A DNA stretch of 64,000 nucleotides from Glaucostegus cemiculus (Eukaryota), in the NCBI GenBank assembly GCA_976551045.1, contig CDPCPM010000239.1:9424001-9488000 (forward strand). Direction: 5' to 3'. The position numbers and the translations under genes were made by a program. Positions within the stretch are counted from its first letter, which is position 1; every line of letters starts with the position of its first letter. A model generated the notes under the pieces. It did no database searches, was not told where the DNA came from, and saw only the letters and a program-made list of their open reading frames with translations. Shown here piece by piece: positions 38,771 to 52,000 of this stretch.

Positions 38771-39362
38771 CTGCTGGGCGGAAGTCCCTCCAGAAGATAG
38801 TTAGGGCTGCGGAGTGGATCATAGGTGTCTCGCTTCCATCCCTCGCAGACATATACAAAGACCGTTGTGTGAGGAAGACCAAAAGCATAATGGCCGACCC
38901 TTCTCACCCCTCCCACCACCTCTTCACAATTTTGCCATCAGGGAGGAGGCTTAAATGTATCAGGGCAAGAACGACCAGGCTGAACAATAGCTTCTTTCCG
39001 CAAGCCATCAGAACTACAAACTCTCTCATCCCTCCATCTTCCTTTGTTAACACTAAGAGATGCTAGGTGCACAGAAATGCACCAGCACTTTAAATGCCCA
39101 ACACCAGCCCGTTCAATATAATAACTATTTATTTATTTACCGGCCAATTTTAATTTAATCTGCGTACTAATTTAATTTTAACTTCCGTAGTTTTTAATGT
39201 TTAATGTTTTTTTAATGTTTATTCTGTTAAGTGTCTCTGTGTGTCTCTGTTGGTTGTTATTTAATGGGACGAGCACCTGAGGAGGACGGTATCTCGCTCC
39301 TATGCATACTATGTATGTATATGGTTGTGACAATAAAACTGATTCTGATTCTGATTCTGATT
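38771..39362 (+). mobile_element. Rex1 3' fragment, near-identical to 4506-5070 in opposite orientation
   Basis: [48 protein letters not shown] shared with the 508-aa ORF; (CTGATT)n tail. Confidence 0.92.
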
Positions 39363-39968
39363 TAGTAAATTTAATAACTGAGTCACGGGAAGACAATGTA
39401 CTTGCTTCGATAACATTTATGTACCTTTATTAATTTCCTAAGGGAGCTGGCTGTATACTTGTGAAGGACAAACCTCCAGAGCTTTGTGGGCAGAATATGG
39501 GGATAATTGAATAGGTCTATTAAAATATTAACATAATGGCCCCTCAGCTCAATAGAATCAGGAACTGCCACTGAATCCAGTGCTGACTCCAGGGGTGGAA
39601 TACAAGGTCAGATGTTCTGCCCATCTGAGCCCTGGTGTGATCTGATCATTATCTTGTTGGTATTAACAGTAATTCACACCTTTATTGCTCAAGCTATTTC
39701 TCAAGTTTGCAGTAGTTATCTCATCCCTAATCAGCAGTGTCAACCAATTTAACAGGCCATTTCTGGATCCATCTTCCATCCATCTTAACTGATTCCCATG
39801 ATACCAATAATTGTTATAGACCGTGCTATAATGATTGCGGATGCTAAAAATTGTTTCAATTGCCGTAACAAAACAGAAGTATTTAAACTAATTCCATCTC
39901 ATGTTTTTTTTCTTCTACTTGATTTGGATCAGAACTCCAGAACCGTGGAAATCTACTTACTATAAAAA

Positions 39969-40016
39969 TTAGTTCTTCTTCCAGCCGAGAGGGATATTTT
40001 CTGTTTTCTTCCGCAG
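39969..40016 (-). CDS. PDE9A-like: PDE9-like terminal coding segment [15 protein letters not shown]
   Basis: tttacaag| acceptor; resembles PDE9A LQKKTDSL; TAA followed 8 nt later by a gtaagt donor (39960). Confidence 0.75.
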   Translation of the reverse strand: MRKKTENIPLGWKKN

Positions 40017-43000
40017 CTTGTAAATTTTAAAAAAGTTATTGTAGTATTTAGCATTCAAATACTAGAATGTAATAAACTGAACACAAACGGATGGTATTAA
40101 ATAATTAGTTAATTAAAGGAAAAGGATAAACCTCTGGACACTGAATCAAGGATAGGGATGCAATAGAATTGATTTAGGTAATGTATCTATACTGAAGCAA
40201 ATGACATCACCAAGGTATGACGTAGCCCAAAGTTGTAAAGGAAGTAGGTGAGAGTATTTCAGACATTCCGATTATAAACATCCCAAACTGTCTTGATTTG
40301 GGAACCATTCCTTTTCATTTGAAAACTGTGTATGCCACTGTTCTATTAGCAAGGGTTAGGGAGAAAAGCCAGGTTATTATACACAATTTAGCCAGAAATC
40401 TGCAGTCAGGAAATTATGAGAGTCTACAGTTATGGATAAGGATGCTGATCACTAGGACGTTTTCAGTGAGCCATAAATAAATTTAAATTTTAATATAAAT
40501 TTTATTTACAGCGTGGTAACAGGCCCTTTCGGCCCAACGAGTCCACGCCGCCCACTTTAAACCCCCAAATTAACCTACCCGTACGTCTTTAGAATGTGGG
40601 AGGAAACCGGAGCACCCGGAGGAAACCCACGCAGACACGGGAGAACGTGCAAACTCCTTACAGTCAGCGACGGGAATCAAACCCCGATCGCTAGCGCTGT
40701 AACAGCGTTGCGGTAACCGCTACGCTATCATGCCGCCCACTAAAGCTTTTAGCTTATCAAAGCCATCAAAGCTTTTAGCTTAAAGCATAACTCATATACT
40801 GGACAGAATTTCATATACTAGACAGACTTTCACATACTTATGGTTGAAATGCCTTGGACCTCCTGCTACTGAACTGTGGGAATCCCAGTGCTGCCACTGA
40901 CCTGCAGTCAAGGAATACTAGTACTGGATGGGATTAACCAAGTGTAATATTTCTCAAGGTGTCCTCACCATCATAAAAGATAAAGGAGAGACTAGATTTT
41001 GATGTTCAAAAGGCTATATCAGAAAGTAGTAAATGTGAGGAGAACTGTATTCAGCAACCAAAGGTCACTGATTTAATAGAGGCCATGAAGGCAACAGGAG
41101 GAGGTAGAACATAGAACACTACAGCACAGTACAGGCCCTTCAGCCCACAATATTGTGCCGACATTTTATCCTCCTATCTAACCCTTCCTTCCCACATAAC
41201 CCCTCATTCCTCTATCATTCATGTGTCTATCTTGGAAGCATGTGTTCGTGTAATAAATTGTTAGAGAATGGAATACACGCCCTGAAAGGGCAGTGGGAGC
41301 AGGTGTATTGGTAACATTGAAAAGGAAATTGAATGGATATTTGAACAGGTAAAGTTTGCAGTTGCTGGTGCAGCACAGAAGAATGGGACTAGAATTGTTC
41401 TTTGAAAGAGCCCAAACAGGCATGAAGGTCATACACCCTCTTTAGTGCTAATTCATTCTACGATTCTATGATTAAGAATGCTTCAGTCAATGGCTACACC
41501 AGTTCAGATCTGAGATGAATTAAGTTGGGGGCATATAAGTTCTTCTTGTGGAAAGGGTACTTCAATTGAAGAGTATCAGAAACAAACTTTACAATTTGAA
41601 TTACACACACTTGCTAAGTGGAACAGAAAAAAAGTCAGCAGGAGGCACAAGAGACGGCAGATGGTGGAATCTGGAGCAAAAAACAATCTGCTGGAGGAAC
41701 TCAGTGGGTCGAGCAGCGTCTGTGGGGGGAGAGGAATTGTCGACATTTTGGGTCAAGACCCTGCATCAGGACTGAGAGTGGAGAGGGAAGGTAGCTGGTA
41801 TAAAGAGGAGAGGTGAGGTGAGATAGGTAATAGGTGGACTGAGGAGGGGTGAACAATGATGGGGCCAGGTGGGGGAGGGGTGGAGCTGGGAGGCAGAGGC
41901 TGGTGATAGGTGGAAACAGACAAGGGGGAAGAAAGAGGCAGAGGTGAGGGGAAGGGGAGGGTGGAGGTAGAGACAGAGGCTGGAGATGATGGGTGGGGGC
42001 ACAAAGGTTGCAAGTGCTTGGAATCTGATAGGTGAAGACTGATAACGGGAACCATTAGGGGAGAGAGGGGGGGCGGATGGGACCAGATAGGGGAGGGGAA
42101 AATGGGTGATGTGTGTGGGTAGTAGGTGGATGGGACCAGGAGGGGGATAAAAATGGGTGAAGGGGGCTGGACGGGGTGGGGAAAGGGAACAAAAATGGAC
42201 CGGAGGTAGTTTGGAGGGAGAGAGAGCTGAACACTGGAGGTAAGGGTTACCTGAAATTGGGAAACTCAGTGTTCGTACCATTAGGTTGTAGACCACCCAG
42301 GTGGAATATGAGGTGTTGTTCTTCCAAGAAAAAGTCAGTTGTGGAGTTCAGATTGGAATGTATTTCATTAACTACATCTTACTGCCTGAATCCATTTACC
42401 TCATTCATGGCATCATCAATCTGCTTCAGCTCTTCATAGCGATCTCTGGAATCTCGCAGTGGTTGTACTGTGGCTTCTTCAATCTGTGGGAATAACTAAC
42501 AGCAAATATACGATGATTAGTCCAATGTAATTCACATTGTAAGTGTGGTATAGTGGCCCAGTAATAATCAAACCTGGTTACACAGTTACTAATGCTGGCA
42601 GTGTCATTTAGGTTATTGACTTCCCAAGAAAGATCTGTTTGAAAGTATTCTTGCTTCCCTCTTATATTGTGTAATCAAGTTTTGCACATTTGTAATTGCA
42701 CAATCTCTAAAATATGCAGTGAATCTAATTTTAAGCAAGCAGAGCTCTGACTGTTTAACTTACATTTCCCCCAACACACACACACACAAACAAACAAACT
42801 CACATTTATATAGAAATTCAGCATTTTCCTCAGTATAGTAAAAACAGAAAAATGCTAGAAACACTCAGCCTGTTGGGCCACATCTGACGAAAGAGAAACA
42901 GAATGAACAGTTCAGGTCGAAGACCTTTCGTCAGTTCTGATTATTTCCAGCACTTTCTGTTTTTATTCTAGTTCTGTTTTTATTTTAGATTTCGAGCATC

Positions 43001-46000
43001 GGCAGTCTTTTTGATTTTCATGTTCCGATGTACTTTGTGTCCAATGAAAATAGCAGAAATCTGCATAGAAGGTCTCAGCAACGTTCCATGTTGAATGAGA
43101 TGAGACAAAGTAGCAGAAGAACTCATGATCTTCTATGACTACTCAAGAGGCTAGGTACATTATTGTTTCACATCACATCTGAAAGACAGCACCTCCACAG
43201 TGCTCCATTATCTCTGAAGGTAAAAGAGTTGGGACTTACCTTGTTGGGAATGTCCAGCACAGGAAGTGTGCTACAAGGACATAGTTGCCTCAGGAATGAC
43301 CAGTGAAGGTAATGATGTAACTTGGTGCATCTGTGTCAGATGTACAAGCATCATTCATGCTGAGAGATGCCAGTCAAATCCTAGTGTGAGGCAAATTGGC
43401 TTGGAAATGGGAATTATTGGGTTTAATTCTCATTAAGTGCACTTGGTATGTCATCAGAGACTCTTGCAAATTTCTACAGATGTGTGGTGAAGAGCATTCT
43501 GACTGGTTGCATCACTGCCTGGTATGGAGGCTCCAATGTGCAGGATCGAAAGAGACTGCAGAAGGTTGTAGACAGCCTGGTCCATCACGGGCACAACCCT
43601 CTCCACTCTTGAGGACATCTTCAAGAGGCGGTGCCTCAAGAAGGCGGCATCCATCATTAAAGACCGTCACCACCCAGGACATGCCCTCTTCACATTACTA
43701 CCACTGGGGATTTGGTACAGAAGCCTGAAGACCCACACTCAACATTTCAAGAACAACTTCTTCCCCTCTGCCATCAGATTTCTGAACGATCCATGAATCC
43801 ACCAACACTACCTAGTATGCCTCTTTTGCACTATTTATTTTTGTAACTTATAGTCTTTATGTCCTGCACTGTACTGCTGCTGCAAAACAACAAATTTCAT
43901 GGCATATGTCAGTGACAATAAACCTGATTCTGATTCTGATTCAATCTCTTAGCACTGAAATAAACTGAACTACTTGACTTAATTTCTAGACCACATTTCC
44001 TGTGACTAATATTGCCAATTTAGGGGAATCTCTTGTCAAATTAATTATATTTATATGCAGTATATCCCCATCTACCAAGATCTAGGTTAGAATTACCCAG
44101 ACTGTCTCATCTTATCTTTTACATGCAGTAGACGAACGGTAAAATCCAAAGTGTTTCATGATTCTTCAACTGGACCATCCAGACTCCCAGAAGAAGATTA
44201 GTTAATAAATCAGAATTGCAGTGGATTCTCCTGATCTATATCACAAATTAAGCACAAATTTAACTATTTCTCCCGGGGCACTTGCCAGTCTTATGTGAGT
44301 GTTCAGAAGATTTCCAAAGTACAAGTAAAATGATGTGAGAGTGAGATCTAAAAAAAGCAAATATCCCCCAATTTAATGTTGCTTGGTTTGAATAAAAGTT
44401 TTGATAGGAATCAGTCTAATAGATTTTCTTTGGAACTATGTATTCCTGTATCTATTCATTGAAACAAGATGAATGTCACGCTTCTGAGTACTGGCCCTTG
44501 ATTTGGTTCCTTAGATGCCTCATTGTACAGCACATGGATTCCATGCTGGACTGATTGCATAATGACACACACCTGAGCCCCATCAGGGACCTAGCATAAG
44601 TACCTGGGTTTCTGTAGCACTAGTTGCCAGAATATTGGTCAACCTTTGGCTCCTAACTGCTTAGAGTGGGCTTCTCTAGAGCAGTCCTGTATTCTCTAGT
44701 CCTGCTTGAAAATTCAGTTTGTGTTGGGATTACTACTCAGATCTCTGAGGCAAGATTCCTTCCAGTGTTGCCTGTGTTTGGTCCTGAGGAAATATCCTGA
44801 CTCCAGTCTTGTACCAGGGTGCTGCATTTGGGTTCTCTGTGAGCTTGCTCTTCAATCAACATTGTGACAATGAACTTGTGCAACAATTGGTGATCATTAG
44901 TTTGAATGTAGTGATTGGAATTTTTTGCGATTGTCATTGTGATATTGTCCTGATTCTCCGCCATAACTCCAGCCCCCAAAATATTGTGTAAGTGATGAGA
45001 AACAGGTTGCTCCATTGTGAACTACCCAACCAAAACAGAAGAATAAAACATGTGGAAATTCTACTTAAAGCAGTCTTTGGGTTAACTGGAACAAAAGTTG
45101 ATTGAATGATGTAGGGAGTTAGATATTGCTTCCCTTTCCAGTCTGATGGGAGTCCTAAGTGAAATGAAGTTAGTTAGCTTCAGTTATTTGCTGGTGTGCC
45201 CAGAATTAAAACATTAGGGCTGCCAGTTCAGTAATCTCAGAATGGATGGTATGAGATATATACAGAGATCAAATGGCCATAGCTTAACTCACCTGGAAGT
45301 ACTCACTCCTGACTGGCAAAATAAAATGCCATCCATCTCTTAGGACTTCACCTTGACAGAGGTAATAGACACTTTTGTATCTATGATTTAACTTACCTTC
45401 ATCAGTGTCTCAAATGTTGGTATGAGAACAAACTTAATGAAACCAATCTGTGCGGTGGGCTTGGTAACCTTATCCCGGTCCATGAACGGGGCTACAGGGA
45501 GACCTTCAGATTTCTCTCTGTCGCTCTGCATTTGAACATCAGTAACAATATTATAGGTGTGCTTTAAGAAATAATTTACGTTTTGCTTAAGGGAAGATGT
45601 CCTATGACAAGCTTTGATGCAGTTAATTTTAAATACAAAGCTGACTATAAACTTCTGCCCTTAAACCAAGTAAACTTTGATCTATGATGATCTAAACCAA
45701 AACAATCTCAACCCATAACTTCAATTTGAATCTCACTATGACCCAGTTTGAACTTTAGTTTAGGATGTAATCTTAATACAAGCATTACACATCTCTTCAT
45801 TCTAACTGCATTTGGCTTTCAGAACCAAATCTGAGCTTGAAACAAAGAAGAAAGATCAGTAATGTTTACTCTAATCCAAACATCAAATCAATCTCAAAAA
45901 CACTAACAAGGTTTGACCAATTTTTGGAGAGGGGTGCCAAAAGTACATTCCTAGAAGAAACAACCAGGACAGTAAAGAGACAATGTAATTGAAGCAATGA

Positions 46001-49000
46001 AAGAAATAGTGACAGAAGGAGAATGATAATTTAAGTTGTTAAAGTACCTTCAGATGTGGTTAGAAAAGGGAGAATATTAAGAGATCAGGATGGAGGATAA
46101 ACATTAGGATGGCTTCATCTCTTTTTATGAATTTCACATAAAGTCAGACAAATAATCAGCAGGATGGACTGGAAACAGCTGTGCTCGTCCAGAGATCTCA
46201 CATAGATGGTAGCTGAATGTAATTTACAAAGGTATAGAATAACTGGTCATTGGCTTTACTGAAAGCAAAGATGTCTGAAGTATTTGAAAGAAAATGACAG
46301 ATTACTACTTAAGTGCTGGGCCTTGAACTTGTCGACAAGGAGGTACTGAGCTGATATAGCCAATGCTGTAAGATTTTAATTTCAAAACTGATAATTAGAT
46401 GAACCAATTAACTTGAAGCATGGTAAGTGTTTGGAGCAATATGCCAGATGTGGTAGTAAAGACAAAAACATGGAAGCTGAAAGGAAACCAGACACTCTAA
46501 CAAAAGAGGTAGCTGCTAGAAGGATGAAGTTCAAGGAGGTGAGGGCCTACTCCTTAGCCTTGCCTATTAACAGATGCCCTGTGAATGTAATGGTGGGCTT
46601 TCTTCTTGAAACACAATGTAATGGGCCCTGAAGATGCTATCAGGTAGAGAATACAGCCTCTGCCTCCACAACTGCATGAGTTTGTTAGTGCCTCCATGTC
46701 ATTGTCAGTCCATTAAAGGCTTCTCAGTAAAAGAAAACAATTCCACATTTTGCAAAAGGATAACAATCACTATATGTCTTTCACCTGTGTAAAGTACTCT
46801 TCAAGCAAACAATCAACCCAAGGGTCTGCTACTTCCGTTGGCCGTACTTCATTGGAAATATCGCAGCATTTGATAAGGAGCATTTTCAGCTGAGGAAAAG
46901 AAGAGACTTATATTTCTATGAGTTTAATCATACATTTCTGCATTGTCCATAGCTTTGACTTCAATAGTCTTCTCCCTTATTCAACTTTCAGCTCTCCTCA
47001 GACCACTATTTTTCGTACACCAGAGGCGCAGAATTTCTATGTAAAATGAGCATCCTCAGTTAATACTGTGAAATCTTGCAGCAGGTCAATAAGAAGTGCA
47101 TGTTGAAAGTGACACCCTGTGCCTTTACTCTATTTTGGGAACTGTGCAATTGAAGTTTTCCATCCTTATAGGATATTTTAACTTGTGGCCTCCAATACTT
47201 TTTCGGCACCAGTAAAAATTAAGAAGGAATTCCTACACCAGTAACACTTAAGTTACAAGCTAAAAAGACTAATCTTTGCTCTGAAGATTGTATACTTACA
47301 CTCATTTTATGTTCTTCATTCAAGAAGTCGAAAGTATCAACCTTTGGTTTGAATGAGTCCAGTATCTCTCCATGTCGAGCCATGTCAGTGGCCAGAATAA
47401 GTGTAATAATTCCCTTTAGGGAAAGCAGAAAAATAGACAGGGAGTGTTAGAAAACAATAACTTGTCCTTCCTCATCTGTGATCATGTGATCAAATAATTT
47501 GTTACAGTAGATTTTTCCTTGAAATAGTGAGAAAGAACATAAAATGCTCAATTTCTCAATCGTGGTTGGCCATTTAGTTAGAATAATTCTGATCTGCCCA
47601 ACAACTCAATTTACACATGTACATTCAAATATACCTGCCTTTGATCCATATCCCTCAGTAAACTGACCTAACAAAAAACTACTTTCTAGAATGGAGACAC
47701 AAGAGACTGCAGATGCTGAAATCTGGAGCAACAAACAGTCTGCTGGAGGAACCTAGTGGGTTAACCAGCATCTCTTGGGGGGAAAGGAATTGTCAATGCT
47801 TCGTGTCTGTCTTGGTGCAGTGTTTCGACCTGAAACATTGGCAATTTTTTTCCCCCCCACAGATGCTGCTGAATCCACTGAGTTCCTCCAGCAGTTTATT
47901 TGTTGCATTATAGTCTAGAAATTAATTCATATAACACTGCTTTTTTAATATTATGCAATTGAAAATGACTTTATCTTAAAGTGAAACACATTCGTAGGTA
48001 GGACATTTGATTGCGTTCTTCCCAATACAAGTCCATCTTGCACAGTTGACAAGTTATGGGACAATAGCACACAGGATAATGTTATTACACTCAAGCTCCC
48101 TTTTCAGAGCATTGCAAATTGGACAAAGTTGTTTCAGGAGAGACCACTCCCATCCTAACATCCCAAATCTCACCCCTGACTCTGTGAGGCCCAGCCCCTA
48201 TCTCTATGTTCCCCAAAGGTCCTGCTTCCATAACACTTTGATACTGCTCCAATCCATAAATATTCTCCTCTGCCAACCGGCAACCCCCCAACTCGCCCAT
48301 GCCACTGACCCAACAATTCCCCCAAGGCTCCAAAAGCATTATTGGCTCTGGTTGTCAGTGAAGACACCATCACAGCCTCAATTCTCAGTGAGGATCTCCC
48401 TCCTGGCTCCTGAACTCCTGGAATTTCCATTCCTTACTTGGGGAAGATCCAATCCCATCTCTACTATCTCTGATTCCTCTTGCCCCTTCCCACCCTCCCA
48501 CAGCCTGTGATCTCATCTTTAATGCTTCCTCAGCACCAAACTCGGGTTTAATCTGGAACAGAGCTGCATGTTGAACCATCTCAATGACCGTGAACATGTA
48601 TGTTTTATTGCTCAGCTTCACGAACAATAAAATACAGATCTTGCAGAAAGCAAAATAGATTAAAAGATAACAATGAACGTGTAGTGGATAATAATGAAGA
48701 AGTCATGAAATGAAATCCAGATGCATAGAAACAGACTGAATAATTATAGATTATGGAAAGAATGGATTTGTCTACCTACAGCAAAAACTAGAAGCTTATG
48801 ACTGGGTGGAAAAATTTGCAAGAAGTGAGCCGATCTGTCATCTTTATTCACTTGTATAACTTTGGATTTACAATATGTCACTAATTACTGTGACCTCTTA
48901 CCTGTCTGATCTGTTTAAAGATACCGGGATCCACATTGGCGAAGATGTTGCACTCTGGCTGAGACAGAATCTGGAAGGCTACAGCACAGTGATGATTCTC

Positions 49001-52000
49001 CAGTGGGGAAATGTCATTGTATCGGACAGCAAGCTCAGTGCGGGCATTGATCTGATACCTGAACAACATTTGGAAACCAGACACCGACTTCACTTAAGGT
49101 TTCACCATTAATGTGTAAGTAATGCCTCAAACACAGGCAACATTGCCATCAGCTCCTGAGCTAAATTTTAAGATGCATTCAAAAGTAGATTTGATTTTAT
49201 AGATCCAATTCGTCTATGGCTATGTAGCAGAACAAATATGTTCAGTGCATACAGCAACTTTGTCTGATACATTGTCCGTGCAATTCATACAACTTCCCTT
49301 GAGTCTAAAGGGAAAATTCAAGTCGATCTTGTAGAAAAGTGTAAGATCAAGTAATCTGAATCAGCAAAGTACAGAGAGTTTAACTATGGTAATTAGGACG
49401 TAGGCAATCAAAGCTATATCAAGGAAAAATAGAAGTTAAATATCAGTACACTATGAATTAGATCAATTAATGGCAAAAATAGAGGTAAATGGGTTTGTTT
49501 AGTAACTGGTTGATTTTAGAAAAGAGGTAAAATAGGAATTAGCATAACTTTTATAGTATTTGAATAAAAGCAGTAGTGAAAACAAATCTTAGTCTAGAAA
49601 ATTAGGTTGTGGAATTGAGTGGAACTATGAAATGACAAAGGGCAGGAAGTACTGATGGGAATATTTCATAGGCATCCAAAAAGAAATCACGTAACAAGAA
49701 GAATACAATAATTCTTTGGGATTTTAATTTTTTATGTAGACTGGGCAAGTTAAGCTGGCTAAATTAGCTTTGAGGGCAAGATCACGAAGTACATTCAAAA
49801 TGTTTTCTAGAAAAAAATATCTAAAGAAATTAATTTGGAACTTATTATTTTAGACCTAGCATATGTAATAATATGGGGTTATTTTATTGTACAGCTTCTT
49901 TGGTGAAGAGTGGTCACAATATGATAGAATTTCATATTAAGTTTGAGAGGGATGTGGTTATGCATATGAATTAGAGTCTTAACATTTTAAAACTAATTAC
50001 AAAAGGAATGAGTGTTGAGCTGGGTTGGGTAGACTGGGATACAGGGAAGACTTGATATAACACAGGTATCAGGAGAAAAACATTAACACCTGCATTATAA
50101 GCTACCCAGAATATAAGTAAAACTAACATTTACCTAATTTCTTTCTTGGGGGACATGTTAATACCCATGGTATATTGCAAACTGTGATATAATGACGCAC
50201 TTTATATCAAGGTTACTCCACATTAAACAGTGGAAAACAATTAAAGAAATTATTTATAATTCACAACTAAGCTATATTCAGCAGAGGAACCAAGTGACTG
50301 CCAACAAAAACATACAACATGGTGAACTGGAAACAATAACGTTACTGCGAGATTAGAAGGTTTATAATATGGCCAGAAGGGTAGTCTGCATGAGGACAGA
50401 AGGGTTTTGAAAATCAACAAAGAATGAGGAATTAAGTTAAGAAGAAAACAAAATGTGTAGGTAAACTAGCAGTATCTGAAAAACTCGTGAAAGCTTTAAT
50501 AACTACGTAAAAAGATTATCAGAAGTACTTGTCAGTATTTTCGATTCAGAAGGGGGAAATAAAATTTAGTGAGGAGTAAGGAAACAGAAAGGAAGGAAAA
50601 TTAGTATTCAATGCTTGTCTTCATGATAAAGAGCATAAAGCACATTGGAAAGTGTGGGGAACCAATTAAGAATAGTGTATTTCTTTAAAAAAATACAAAG
50701 TATTAAGATTAAAATTCAATACTTTGCCTGGATCTTATAGCATATTTTAGTTTTAAAAGAGCAAAATCAAATTGCTGGAGGAACTCAGCAGATCAAACCG
50801 CATTTGTGGAGGGAAAGGGATTGTCAACGTTTCAGGTGGAGATGCTACATCAGGACCCACAGCATATCAGAAACAGTGAGATAATCAGGTACATTATATT
50901 GAGTCCTCATGCAGGGTGTTGACCCAAAGTGTGAACTATCCCTCTACTCCACAGATGCTGCCTGACCTGCTGAGTTCCTCCAACAGTTTGTTTTTAGCTC
51001 CAGATTCCAGCATGTGCAGACTCTTGTCTCTCTCCTAAAAGAGCTGGTTTGAGGAAAAGTGAATGCCTTTATTTTGCACCTCAAGACTTCTCTTTATTCT
51101 AGAATGGACAACATGGTTGGAAGATATAAAAGATAACATACAGAATTATAAATCATTTTCTCTATCATTAGTTGCAGTGAAATTTTAGAATCTTTTATGA
51201 AGTATATGACCATAGAGTGTGGGGAAAAATCATGATATAATTAGACCTAATTTGTTCAATTTTATGGAATTTACTTGTGCCCAATTTACAGAAAATATAC
51301 AGATCTGTTGGAGGTATCTGAAAGTATAACTAGCGCAGTATACCAGTGGATGTAGTATAAGTGAATTTTCAGAAAGTATTCAATAAGTTACTACAAGGTG
51401 AGTTGTTACAGATCAAATTGCATATAAGTATGACACTGATTGAGAATTAGTTTACAGATGGAAATTATAGAAGTGAAAGACTTATTTTCAGGAAGGAAGT
51501 GTGTAACTAGGATAATACTGCAAGGAACAATGCTTGAGTCTTGCCCATTATATGTCTATATCCAACATTTCCAAGTTTGCTTATGATGCAAAATACCTGG
51601 AAAAGTAAGAGATGGGGAGAAGTCTGCACCAGCAAAGGAATCTGGACCAGTTAAGCAATTGGGCAAGTAAGTAGAAAATGTAAGATAATGTGGTTAAGTG
51701 TGAGATTATTCACTTTAGTAGGAAGAATGGAAAGGTAGAATATTTTTTCAAAGGTGAAAGACTGGTAAGTTCTTTGACACAGGAGATCATACACCAATCA
51801 CAGAAGGTCAATGCTAAGCTACCTTTGTTGAAAGGGTATTTGAAGTATAAGAACAAATCTCATGGCACTTATACAGAGCTTTGATATGGGCACAAATGGA
51901 GTAATGTTCTTACCCAGGGGAGGATATATTTGTGCTGGAAGGGTTTCAATAACAGATTCCTGGGGTGAGAAGGCTGAATTATGAGCAGAGATTGAGTAGA

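Noticed and set aside
40742-40782. Direct repeat aaagcttttagctta x2
   Set aside because: Two copies only; an ordinary small tandem duplication beside a SINE, not an array.
33893-44869. One large element bounded by inverted repeats
   Set aside because: Each LTR has its own distinct 5-bp TSD and the interior holds host exons, so these are independent solo LTRs.
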